DNA of 64,000 bases from a bacterium (GTDB taxonomy: Bacteria; Hinthialibacterota; Hinthialibacteria; Hinthialibacterales; Hinthialibacteraceae), in assembly GCA_963663405.2 (NCBI GenBank), contig CAXXSM010000104.1, positions 1-64,000 of the forward strand. The letters are read 5' to 3'. Below are positions 1 through 10,543 of this stretch, in pieces. The translations under genes were made by a program, and so were the position numbers. The notes below the pieces were generated by a model. That model was given only the letters and a program-made list of their open reading frames with translations. It was not told the origin of the DNA and ran no database searches. Position 1 is the first letter of the stretch, and each line of letters begins with the position of its first letter.

Positions 1-1747
1 GGCGCGAGTTATGAGAAAATCCAAGAGTATACACCCCTTATCCACGCAGCGGACTTAATTGATCCCTCCAGTAAAGAGAGCGAACGTTCTTATTTATCCT
101 ACCAGCTTGTACCACTCCATAAACAGTCGAAACGAAAGAGAAGAGGATCTTATTATACTCCCCAACCGTTAATCCAATTTGTTGTTAAGAACACGCTTGG
201 CCCATTAATCCGAGGTGAAAACCGGCGGGGAGATAAAACTAATGTGCCTCTCACCGCGAGCGAAATCCTGCGATTGAGAATCCTCGATCCCGCTGCGGGA
301 ACGGGCCATTTTCTGCTTGAAGCCGCACGATTTCTCGTTGAGGCGTATCGAAACGCTTTGCATGATTCACAGGATATCCCATTCTCTCATTGTCTTCAAA
401 AAATCGTTTCTCATTGCATTTATGGGATCGATATCGATCCTTTTACGGCTAATCTTGCCCAGGCGTCGTTTTCGTTGCTCTGTATAGAGAAACCGATTTC
501 TTACTCTGCGCTGAAGAGGAACATACAATGCTGCGACGCGCTTTTTTCTTTGCCTGAAGGTTTTCCACGCCGCTTCGATGCTGTGATTGGGAATCCACCC
601 TGGCTCTTTCTCAGTGGGAAAAGCAGTCCAATAGCTCGTTTGCGCGCTTTAGGTAAGGATATTGAGGCGGACGAATTGGAGAACGTGTTCAAGCGCATTC
701 GTTCCCGGTTTCCCAACAGCTCACGGGGGTGTCAGGATTACTACAAATGGTTTATTGATCTCTCCATCCAATTGTGCAAACCAAATGGTCTTGTGGGGAT
801 GGTGGTTCCGAATACGTGGATGACGCTGCCCCGGTATGAGGATATCCGCCGGATGGTGATTGAACGGGGGATCTCGCAGATTGTGGATCTAGGATTCGGT
901 GTCTTTCCCGATCCCGCTGTCCCGGTTTCTATCTTGATCTCCAATCCGCAATCCAGCGAAATACGCTGCGCCCATCTCTATGATTGGAATTTGAACGGCT
1001 CGAACACGAAGACGCTTGATGAGGAATGCAAGAAACGAAGCGTTTCCATCACTTCAACGGATGGTGAATTCAATTTCAGCAAACATCCAATCGCTTTCCA
1101 GATTTAATACCGCTCCGGAATTCGTGAAAGCCGGAACACTCATCCAAGCGGCGGAGGGGGAGCATTCGCTTCAATTCAAACGAACCGATGTAATTCAAGA
1201 TGAACGCCCTTCACATGTACCGATTATTCTCGATTGGACGCTGGGACGGTTCCGGGCGCCGGAACTGGGCTATGTGCCGGAACGGTACTGCAAAACATAC
1301 AGTCAAACACTCCATACAGGCCCGCGGCTTTTCCTCCGGAAAACGGGCGATCAATTAATCTCCGCCGTTTATCCCATCGAAGCGCTTGCCATCGCCCATC
1401 AGAACGTGTATGTAATCAAACCGCGCCATCCAGAACTCTCCATTTGGACACTCCAAGCCCTTCTTGGATCAAAACTATTAACCTTCCTATATAGAAAAGG
1501 CCCCCTGGGACAAGAAGGCCGCATGTTGGCCCAACTCCGAATCGCAGGGCTTTACCAACTCCCATTTCCACCAATTCCCACCATCCAAGCCTATCAAAGT
1601 CCATTAATTTCACTCAGCCAATCGCTTCATCAAACAAGAGAGATTGAGGTGTGGGACCGATTGAATGAACTGGTTTATGCGATGTATGGGGTAGTGGGGA
1701 AGGATTTGCAGGAGATTGAGCGGGAGTGTGGGAAGGTTGGGATATAA
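1..1747 (+). CDS. N6-adenine DNA methyltransferase, Eco57I/type IIG R-M-like, with C-terminal TaqI_C-like specificity domain; 5'-truncated by the window, one frameshift near 1090-1107
   Basis: Frame 1 is open from base 1 (GASYE...RKRRGSYYTP), then motif I ILDPAAGTGHFL, YGIDID and motif IV IGNPPW. The overlapping ORF 1016..1747 has LRKTGDQL...LLGSKLLTFLY...QLPFP...LNELVYAMYG, typical of TaqI_C/TRD C-termini. Confidence 0.8.
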
Positions 1748-1934
1748 GTGGAATGAAAAAAGATAAAAGTATTATGAAATCATGGTCTATTCCTTGCAAT
1801 AAAATAATGCAAATTCTTGTATCCGGGCTAGCCTAGAGGCTCCAGTTAAAAATGGATTTCCGTTGTTAAAACTGATTTCAATCATTTTAAATGTGAGTAA
1901 TTTCCTTATACAATTCATAAGGGTAACAGCGATT

Positions 1935-2868
1935 ATGGCCGAAGTTATTCCAATAGAACGAAAATCTCCGGTATTAAAACATCCGGCGCTGCCATGCTTG
2001 AAGCGATGGCATACCGTCAATTTGATGGCGGGATGCCCATTTTCATGCCGGTATTGTTATGCGAAAAGTTTTCGATCCTATCCAGGAAATGAACGTATCC
2101 ATTTTTATGCGAACACATTTGACCTTTTGAAACGTGAATTGCCGCGCAAGCGTATCAAACCGGAAGTTGTTTACTTTAGTACAGCTTGCGAACCGTTTCC
2201 GCCTTATGACGATATTTTGAACGTTCAGTTTGAAATTATGAATCTTTTCCTTGCGAGTGGGATTCAATTGCTGATTTCAACGAAATCACATATTCCAGAG
2301 CGGTTTATTGATCTCTTTCAATCCTATCCAGGTAACGTGTTTGTTCAGATGGGATTAACAACAACTGATGATACGATTCGGTTCAAATTGGAACCCTATG
2401 CGGCGAATGTTCAGGATCGTTTGAAAACACTGAGTAGGCTTTATCAACATGGCGTCAATGTAGAAGCGCGTGTAGATCCGCTTATTCCTGGATTGACGGA
2501 TCGAGACGAATCCATAGAGGATTTCTTCAATCGTATTGCTGAATGCGGGGTAAAAACGGTCTCCGTGTCCTACCTTTTTTTAGGCGAGTCATTTCAAGCC
2601 ATATGAACTTTGTAATTGGAGATTGGTCGTTTCGCGATATATCGTCCCATATATATACTCATAGAATCGAGCGATACTGTGGGAATCATTCGGTTGTCAT
2701 TCCGTCAGCGTCATATCGAATCGAAAGATATGAACGGTTAAAACGGTTGCGAACTTACATGGAATAACCATACGTTTTTGTCACTGTAAAAATCCTGATG
2801 TTACGAACGATTGTTGTCATCCCACGATGAATCCAAAGCGCTCCGAACTCAATTTATTCGATCTATGA
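1935..2868 (+). CDS. Radical SAM protein, spore-photoproduct-lyase-like family; two apparent frameshifts (~2580, ~2765)
   Basis: ATG at 1935; GCPFSCRYCYA (CxxxCxxC), STACEPF, ISTKS, ARVDPLIPGLTD. Continues in ORF 2543..2767 and then a third frame CHCKNPDVTNDCCHP...DL, stop at 2868. First shift is at a T7 run. Confidence 0.75.
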
Positions 2869-2972
2869 CAAAACGATAAAAAAAGTTGAAATCGAAAATA
2901 TTGGAATGTGTAAGAGAAGAATATGAATATACGTTCTTTTAATATGCTCTAATTCACATTTTCTTTCACCGG

Positions 2973-3728
2973 TCATATCACCCACATCCCCCCATTCGCG
3001 TCAATCGTCGCGCCGATGAGGTAGGCGCTGTCTTCGGTGGCTAGGAAGAGGATGATTTTGGCCATTTCTTCGGCGGTTCCGGCGCGTTGGATGGGGATGC
3101 GGGCCATTAGGCTTTTCATCATTTCCGGGGAGGTGAATTGATCGTGGAAGGGGGTGTCGATGACGCCCGGCGCAAGGGCGTTGACCCGGATGCCGTCGGC
3201 GATCAGCTCTTTGCCCATCGCCTGCGTCATGGTGATTAAGGCTCCTTTGGAAACGCCATACGCCAGCGCGCCTCCTGCGCCGCCGAACCGGCCCGCGACG
3301 GAGGCGTTGTTGATGATGACTCCTCCGCCCCGCTCTTTCATCTTCGCGCCGATCTGTTGCGAGAGCAGCAGCACGCTCCATAGATTCAGATCCATAATCT
3401 GATCCCAGCGTTTGCGGGTAATCGCAAAAAACGGCATGCGTTCGACAAGGCTCCCCGCGTTGTTTACTAGGATATCGATCGGCCCTAATTCGCTTTCGGC
3501 GATCTCCGCCAGTTTGATAACGTCCTCATCGACGGTCATATCGGTTTGGCAGCAAATAACCTTGCGTCCAATCCCTTCGATTTCTTCTTGGAGTTTCATC
3601 GCATTCGTCCGATTTTGGCAATAGGTGAAAGCGATGTCAGCCCCTTCTTCCGCCATCAGTTTGGCTGCGGCGTATCCGATCCCGCTGCTGGCTCCCGTTA
3701 TTAAAACTCGTTTGCCTTCCAGTTTCAT
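2973..3728 (-). CDS. Short-chain dehydrogenase/reductase (SDR, FabG-like)
   Basis: TGASSGIG nucleotide-binding motif, NNAG, catalytic YGVSK, IRVNALAPG, NGG. Confidence 0.93.
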   Translation of the reverse strand: MKLEGKRVLITGASSGIGYAAAKLMAEEGADIAFTYCQNRTNAMKLQEEIEGIGRKVICCQTDMTVDEDVIKLAEIAESELGPIDILVNNAGSLVERMPFFAITRKRWDQIMDLNLWSVLLLSQQIGAKMKERGGGVIINNASVAGRFGGAGGALAYGVSKGALITMTQAMGKELIADGIRVNALAPGVIDTPFHDQFTSPEMMKSLMARIPIQRAGTAEEMAKIILFLATEDSAYLIGATIDANGGMWVI

Positions 3729-3741
3729 TCCTGTTCTCCTT

Positions 3742-6501
3742 TTACTCCTCGTTCCTTTTCAGCGTGTATTTGATAGAAGGCGAGATGGGATACCGTCCAC
3801 TCCGGGCGCCGAAGATTCGCAAGCCACCCTTTGTGCCTTCTTTGGTCTTAATTTCGATCTTGATCGGCCAACCGTCTTTAAGAATGGAGACGGGAATCTC
3901 GAATTCCTGTAAATAGCCATAACTGCTGGGGGGGGCCGAATCGAATATGTTGCTTAATATCCCATTATAGTCGGCGGGGTCGGTGACAAAGGTTACTTCC
4001 CGGAGAAACTCGCCGTTGGCGTATACTTGAACTGTTGTAGGAAAACGGTGCTCCACGTCGGTCTGCGGTGCTGGGGGCGCGGATTCTATCTTTCCATCCT
4101 ACCCGTTCGATACCCGAACAGCCCGACAGTTCACACTCGAAGACCATATCCTTGATTGAGGAGACATACAATTCAACCGGCAACTGTACTTCGTAAGTCA
4201 CCGACGCGTCTCCGCTCAATGATATGATTTCGGAATTCTTTGATTTGGGTTTTTCCAGCGTACCTTTGATCTCCGTGTAGTCCTTAGGATTCCAGCGCTG
4301 GCGCCATTGAGTGCGTTTATCCATTGATGGAGGCGATTCTTTAAAACTATGAAATGTCCACCAATTGCGGGCGATAAATTGGCCACCACGGTCTTTTACC
4401 CAGGCGTAGAGCAGGAGCAACCGCTGAGGGGGCACGGAGAAAACAATCGGATCGCCCTGCGTGACTGTATACGCTTCGGCTTGAATGGATCCTTCCCCGT
4501 TCTGTGTGAAATGCCATCCGGGAGCGAGGCGGGTTGATTCATACAACTGCCAACCCAGCTGATACTGGGCCCGCCCTTTCCGTCCGGAGTAGAGGCTTAA
4601 CGCTACAGGCAGAGTTTTTTCGCTCTGTTCGGATAGATCTTCACCGGCCGGCGCGTCGAGGATCAAGAAATCCTGTGTGTTTAAATCCCTATAGCTGAGA
4701 GGCGGATGACCGTCGGGCATCGGAAATAAATCTTTATACCCAAACATTTTCCGGGTTCGGTCGTAATTCATAAATCCATTGTGTTCCCACTCGATATCCT
4801 GCAATTCGGTATAAATATAACCACAGATTTTGGGATGCCGCCGAAGTTCTTGTGTGAGATAATGGAAGCACCAGGAAATATCCCGGTCTCCCATGCCTGA
4901 ACTAACACCTCCGTATTCACTGTTGATGAGGGGTTCTGTATTCTGTTTATTCCCGCCGATGTAATTGAATGTGGAGCCGGGATACGTTTCGTTGACGACC
5001 TTCTCGATATGTTCCCGCGCTTTTTGATGTGGATAGATATAGAAATGCCAGGAATTCACATCTGTGATCACATGATCGTACCGGCAGGGGGAATTGTCTT
5101 CGATTAGGCGTGTGGGATCGAGCTGTTTGGCGTGTTCATACATCTCTTTCACCCATGCCTGTCCTTCGGGTGTATTGTGTTCCTCCAACCCCCAAGTCTC
5201 ATTGAAGAGAACCCAGGACACAATCGACGGATGGTTTCGATCCCGTTCGATCGCTTCGTTCATCGTATTCAAGTAATAGTGTTTTGACTGATCCGTGTAT
5301 TTGCGGAAACAAGGCATGTCGTAGAAGATCGCGACGCCCAATCGGTCGGCCCAGTAGTAGAACCGTGGCTCGTCTACTTTGATATGTACGCGCAGGGAAT
5401 TGAATCCGAATTCCTTCGTATCTTCAAGATCACGCCGGATCGCGTCATCGCTTGGGTAGGTATAGATTCCATCCGGATGAAACGCCTGATTCAACGCGCA
5501 GAGGAAATAATACGGTTTCCCATTCAGGTAGATGTATTCGTAAGGATTCTCTCCGTATTTCTCCCGCGTCACTTCGCGCACACCGAAATAGGTATGAACG
5601 GAATCAATCACTTCTTCTCCCGTCACCATCTGTACCTCAACGAAATAGAGAGAGGGTGATTCTGGCGTCCAGAGTTGTGGATTGGAGATTGTCAATTCAC
5701 CCGAATAGGGAGAGTGTAACGTAAAGGGCGCTAATTTATCGATCGTCTCTGAGAATCCCACTTTATCTGTTCCCCGGTCTGGTAGAACGCGTAGCTGACA
5801 AACAGGCGTCGCTCTCGTCGGAACTGCCGAAATCTTCACTTGGCCGTCACAGCATGTATCGATTTTCAATTGTCCGATGAATGGATATTCCTTCTTCCCA
5901 CACGCTTCCAGATAGACTGTCTGCCAGATCCCACTCGTTGTGGTATACCAACCGACTTGTTTGCCAACCAGTTGTTCCGGACTTGTCACATCCTGAACTT
6001 TGACAGTCAGACTATATTCTTCTTTTCCACTCAGGAGATCGGTCAAGTTTACGCTGAATGGCGTATATCCTCCTTCATGTTCAGCGATCAATACACCATC
6101 GAGCCAAATCCATGTTCGCCAATCCACAGCTCCAAAACGCAGGAAAATGTTTTTCCCTTCCCATTCCGCCGGGACGGAGAATCGGCGGTGATACCAAGCG
6201 TAGCCGTTGTAATCAGGACGGTTGACGCCGGAGAGTTTGCTTTCCCAGGGGTAGGGGACTAAAATCTTCTGGCCCCAGACTTTATTGCCGGGGATATGCC
6301 AATCTTCCTGACCACCGTCGTTGTTTGGATCGATTGTAAAGTCCCATTCTCCATTCAAAGAGAGCCAAGTGTCCCTGCGCAGATCCGGACGGGGATGTCG
6401 TCTCTTGGAATCGCTTCTTCCGAAAAACACGCAAGAGAGAAAACGGCTGCGATCAGTATTCCATTCAATCCTATACAAAACCAACGGATTCTTCTATTCA
6501 T
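3742..6501 (-). CDS. Secreted glycoside hydrolase family 2 (beta-galactosidase/glucuronidase-like); frameshifts near 6390 and 4070
   Basis: AAGGAG RBS then ATG at 6501 giving signal peptide MNRRIRWFCIGLNGILIAAVFSLACFS. Shifts to HPRPDLRRDTWLSLNGEWDF, FGAVDW, HEGGYTPF, RDRNHPSIVSWVLFNETWG (acid/base), NSEYGG (nucleophile). The tail is in ORF 3742..4056. Confidence 0.88.
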
Positions 6502-6665
6502 TCCAAAAACTCCTTTTACTTTCCCGTGTTTCAGTGAATATGCGCTGTTTACATGATAAGATAACGATTGCGTAAAGCAATACGCGCCATGAGGAAGAGA
6601 AAAATTTTTAGAGGCGCTTGGAGAGAAAAACCACTTTATGAGAATGATGGGAGGGAGGTTGTCTT

Positions 6666-7400
6666 TTAATACCGCTTGGGTCCTTCGGGCACGGTTCCCG
6701 TCTGGATTTGAGAAGGCAGGCTCGGATTGTTTACGCTGCAACCGGTGAAGGGGCCGCTTAATCCAAATTTTCCCCGCAAGTCTTCCAACGCCTGAACCTG
6801 ATCTTTTGAAAAGAGGTTGACTTTCCCCAATTGAACTGAAACGAGGAGTATTTTCGCGAAATGTTCAAGCGTTTCCATACGGTGGTAGGCCTGCAATAGA
6901 TTCCCACCCCAGGTCAGAGCGCCGTGATTGGCTAGCAAGAGCGCATTGGCCTTTTGGATATAAGGAGCGATCGCTTCGGGAATCGCGTCGGTGGAAGGCA
7001 AACCGTAAGGCGCATTAGGGACCTGCCCCAATACGAGAACGACTTCTGGGAGAACGCATTGATCGAGCGAGAGTCCCGCCACAGCGAATCCAGTCGCTGT
7101 GGGTGGATGAGCGTGACAGACGGCCTGCACGTCGGGTCGTTCCTTATAGACGAACAAGTGCATTTTGAATTCAGAGGATGGTTGCAACGGGCCGCCGGAC
7201 TTCTTCCGGCCTTCCCCGTCACAGACGATTAGATCGCTGACCTCCATGAATCCTTTGCTGACGCCGGTGGGGGTGCAGACATACTCATCCTCTGAAATTT
7301 TGCAGGATATATTTCCATCGTTTGCGGCGACCCACTCCCGTGTCCACATCCGCTTCCCGATTTCTACGATTTGATTTTTCGCTTCAAAAATATTGACCAT
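6666..7400 (-). CDS. Class II aldolase/adducin family (L-fuculose/rhamnulose-phosphate aldolase-like)
   Basis: DGNIS, TPTGVSKG, PSSEFKMH, HAHPP and LLANHG zinc-binding motifs. Confidence 0.92.
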   Translation of the reverse strand: MVNIFEAKNQIVEIGKRMWTREWVAANDGNISCKISEDEYVCTPTGVSKGFMEVSDLIVCDGEGRKKSGGPLQPSSEFKMHLFVYKERPDVQAVCHAHPPTATGFAVAGLSLDQCVLPEVVLVLGQVPNAPYGLPSTDAIPEAIAPYIQKANALLLANHGALTWGGNLLQAYHRMETLEHFAKILLVSVQLGKVNLFSKDQVQALEDLRGKFGLSGPFTGCSVNNPSLPSQIQTGTVPEGPKRY

Positions 7401-7533
7401 TTTTTCCCATTGGAGCCGGTTGCGATTCGATTTCTCATACGAAACCGAGCAGACCGAAAAATGTATGTTTAATACATATGTTAAGGTGTGAAATTCAATG
7501 AACTACGTGTCCACGCGAAGAACAGAAGTTCAA

Positions 7534-7884
7534 TTATTTTTTAAGGGGATGCTCAACTTTTGGGAGACCTTCTTCTCCCGGTTTTCCAAATGTCACTGGT
7601 GGTACGGGATTGTTTGGATCTCCCTCGATGAGTAATTCCGCTGTTGTTTTATTCGATCCTTCGATTTTCAAGACATTTTCCCATTCCGGGAATTCCGAAA
7701 GTTGGTAATATTCTTTTTTCGCGAACGGCCCCCGTGTCCGATAGGGGAAAGGGCCTCCAATACTCCGGAAAAAGAGATGGAAAAACATCCAAATCAGAAT
7801 CACTAAAGCGACGCTGATGCAAAGGTATTTTAACTGGGAAAATAGTTGAACCATTGTTATATTCATAATTCGCCGTTGTATCAT
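7534..7884 (-). CDS. Small hypothetical membrane-anchored protein
   Basis: 116-aa ORF with one hydrophobic segment (LCISVALVILIWMFFHLFF) and a GGAA upstream; no recognisable motif. Confidence 0.55.
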   Translation of the reverse strand: MIQRRIMNITMVQLFSQLKYLCISVALVILIWMFFHLFFRSIGGPFPYRTRGPFAKKEYYQLSEFPEWENVLKIEGSNKTTAELLIEGDPNNPVPPVTFGKPGEEGLPKVEHPLKK

Positions 7885-8125
7885 TCCACGGCGGTTTCCT
7901 TTCCAAATAGCATGGCGGACTTGATTGAAAAATCAAGGCTCCGGATTTCTGTATCAACGATTAATCCTATAAGAAAGTCACGTCGGGGAATTAGATGAAA
8001 AGAAAATCAGTCTTCGTAAAAAAGTCCATACAATGTGAATCCTGTTTCATGGATACGGTCAATAGACTTCCCAGATGAAGGGGAAGCGGTATAGTAGATG
8101 GGCAGTATGAATCAAGCAACGTGAG

Positions 8126-8716
8126 GTGGATCATATCGATCCAATCAATGTGTCTACATTGAAGAACTTACCCAATTATCTTTCTATGTCGCGGCTGTTG
8201 CTGGCGCCGCTTTTTTTTATGTGTTTGTATTATTGGATGGCGTATCCCATCGATTACGCTTTCATGCGTTGGTGGTGCCGGGGGATATTGCTGTATATTT
8301 TAATCAGTGATTTCTTTGATGGTTATTTGGCGCGGGCATTAGGGAATGTAACTACCTTTGGCAGCCTGCTTGATCCTCTAGCGGATAAACTGTTTGTCAT
8401 CAGCACCTATGTTCTCTTGTCTGTCTTTGATAAAACATCCGCGTGGTTAACGATTGTGATTGTTTCAAAAGACATACTGGTTACCATTGGTTGGATCGCA
8501 TCAGCCTTATTGTTTGATAAAACTGAAGTCCAGCCTTCGGGCATCGGGAAAGCGGCGACGGCGATGCAGTTTTTTACGGTTTTTATTATCGTCATGCTGC
8601 CCGCTGCCGGTATTCCGAAATCGATCCTGGAATTCCTGACAGGGATGTTAACATTGTTCGCCATGTCTCATTACGTCTACCTCGGATTACAACTGACCAT
8701 GGATCAAAAACAATAA
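8126..8716 (+). CDS. CDP-alcohol phosphatidyltransferase (PgsA-like / possible CMP-forming cardiolipin synthase)
   Basis: NLPNYLSMSRL and the signature DFFDGYLARALGNVTTFGSLLDPLADK. Confidence 0.9.
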   Translation: MDHIDPINVSTLKNLPNYLSMSRLLLAPLFFMCLYYWMAYPIDYAFMRWWCRGILLYILISDFFDGYLARALGNVTTFGSLLDPLADKLFVISTYVLLSVFDKTSAWLTIVIVSKDILVTIGWIASALLFDKTEVQPSGIGKAATAMQFFTVFIIVMLPAAGIPKSILEFLTGMLTLFAMSHYVYLGLQLTMDQKQ

Positions 8717-8724
8717 ACGGGAGA

Positions 8725-9339
8725 ATGACTCAGTCAAAGAATCCAATGAACTCAAACTTCAACCTCCCCAATGTTCTTACATCTATCCGCTTGGCGTTAA
8801 GCCCTGTGCTGGCCGTGTTCCTCCTATGGGATGAACCACTGGCGGCCCGGTATGCGGCGCTGATTATTGTAATTTTTTCTGAACTGACCGACCTATTTGA
8901 TGGGCATATGGCCCGAATCCGTGGCCAAGTCACCGATTTTGGGAAGATTCTCGATCCTATGGCGGATAGCATTTATCGTGACACCGTTTTCTTATGTCTT
9001 GCGGTGAATGGACAGATTTCTCTTTTTCTTGTGCTGCCGATTTTCTACCGTGATTCCATCATCGCCACGCTGCGAACTGTCTGCGCGTATCGAGGAATTG
9101 TTTTAGCCGCCCGGTGGAGCGGGAAAATGAAAGCGATCTCACAAGCCACTGTGATTATACTTATCCTGCTGTTGCGTATTTATGAGATTTATCATCCCGA
9201 GTATAAGACTTTCATTTTCTGGACTGCTAATATTTTAATGGGGGTGGCTTGCGCCTTTACGCTATACTCAGCGTATGATTACTTATCCGGTCTAGTTCCG
9301 CGGATTTTGTCAGCAGATGAAAAAGAAACGCAAAATTAG
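8725..9339 (+). CDS. pgsA: CDP-diacylglycerol--glycerol-3-phosphate 3-phosphatidyltransferase
   Basis: NLPNVLTSIRL, DLFDGHMAR...GKILDPMADS, AARWSGKMKAISQ. Confidence 0.8.
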   Translation: MTQSKNPMNSNFNLPNVLTSIRLALSPVLAVFLLWDEPLAARYAALIIVIFSELTDLFDGHMARIRGQVTDFGKILDPMADSIYRDTVFLCLAVNGQISLFLVLPIFYRDSIIATLRTVCAYRGIVLAARWSGKMKAISQATVIILILLLRIYEIYHPEYKTFIFWTANILMGVACAFTLYSAYDYLSGLVPRILSADEKETQN

Positions 9340-9457
9340 TAGATTGATTGACAAAATTGAAAGAAATCTATCTAATATCCAATACTTTTCTAAAAATTAC
9401 TGGTTTTCCCTTCTGATTTTGATATATTTATATATAATTCATTCCAGGTAAAAAACG

Positions 9458-10543
9458 ATGCCAGATCTATTTGAACGGCTTCCAAAATACGTACAGATAA
9501 AAGAGGCGATCCGTCAGGAGATCGAAGACGGAATCCTCCGTGAGGGGCAGCAACTGCCTTCCGAAGCGGCGTTGATTGACCGGTTCGGCGCCAGCAAGAT
9601 GACCGTGATCCGGGCGCTGCAGGAACTGGTCCAAGAAGGCTATCTCCGCCGCGTTCAGGGGAAAGGCACTTATGTGACCCGCCCGCCGCAACATGGCCCG
9701 TTGATCGGTGTCCTTGTACCGGGCACGGACCGGGGGATCTTTACGGTAATTCTCTATAGCATCGAAGAACGCGCGCATCAGCTCGGATTCGAAGTGGTTC
9801 TTTGCAGCACAGATGAAGACACGGAGAAGGTTGACACGTTCGCGGAACGGTTGATCGCGCGTCATGCCGCTGGAGTAATTGCGGTGCCCTTGGAGCGGGT
9901 TCCTGATCCCAACAGCAATCTCGGCTGGTACAATCGTTTTAAAGAGGCGCAAATCCCAGTCGTTCTCGTTGACCGTGACATTGAAAAAGTCGAACACACT
10001 CTATTGGTTGAAACGAACAACGAAGAAATTATGGCCGATCTGACGCGGGAAGTGTTGAAACGTGGACATCGGCGTATTCTCGCCGTCCGCTGGGAAGAGA
10101 TTCAGAGCACGACAACCGACGCCCGTGTCAGGGGATTGATGAAAGCGGCCAAAGAAGAAGATCCGAAAGCGGAATTTGTCGAATTAATCAGCATTAGCGA
10201 CCAGAAGCCCTTCTCCAACAGCATCGAAGATTTTCAATCCCTTCTGTTTGAATACGAACCCACGGTGATCATGTGTATCAACGATCAGATCGCCATGCAG
10301 GTCTTTAGTCTTCTGAGCAATATTTCGGCCCGTGTCGCGGATGGGATTTCAATTACTGGATTTGACGATCTTCCGGTTTCGCAGGCCATTGGATTAACCA
10401 CGGTTCATCAACCCCTTGCTGAAGAGGGACGGGCCGCCGTCGAACTTCTCCATCAGGTGATTAAAGGAGAATCGGTCCAGTCCATTATGATCCCTTCACA
10501 TACGGTAATCCGCACATCATTGAATAATCCCCCACAAATTTAA
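9458..10543 (+). CDS. GntR-HTH + LacI-type ligand-binding transcriptional regulator (AraR-like)
   Basis: N-terminal LPKYVQIK...LPSEAAL...SKMTVIRAL...QGKGTYV; C-terminal PVVLVDR, ITGFDD, LTTVHQP. Confidence 0.92.
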   Translation: MPDLFERLPKYVQIKEAIRQEIEDGILREGQQLPSEAALIDRFGASKMTVIRALQELVQEGYLRRVQGKGTYVTRPPQHGPLIGVLVPGTDRGIFTVILYSIEERAHQLGFEVVLCSTDEDTEKVDTFAERLIARHAAGVIAVPLERVPDPNSNLGWYNRFKEAQIPVVLVDRDIEKVEHTLLVETNNEEIMADLTREVLKRGHRRILAVRWEEIQSTTTDARVRGLMKAAKEEDPKAEFVELISISDQKPFSNSIEDFQSLLFEYEPTVIMCINDQIAMQVFSLLSNISARVADGISITGFDDLPVSQAIGLTTVHQPLAEEGRAAVELLHQVIKGESVQSIMIPSHTVIRTSLNNPPQI

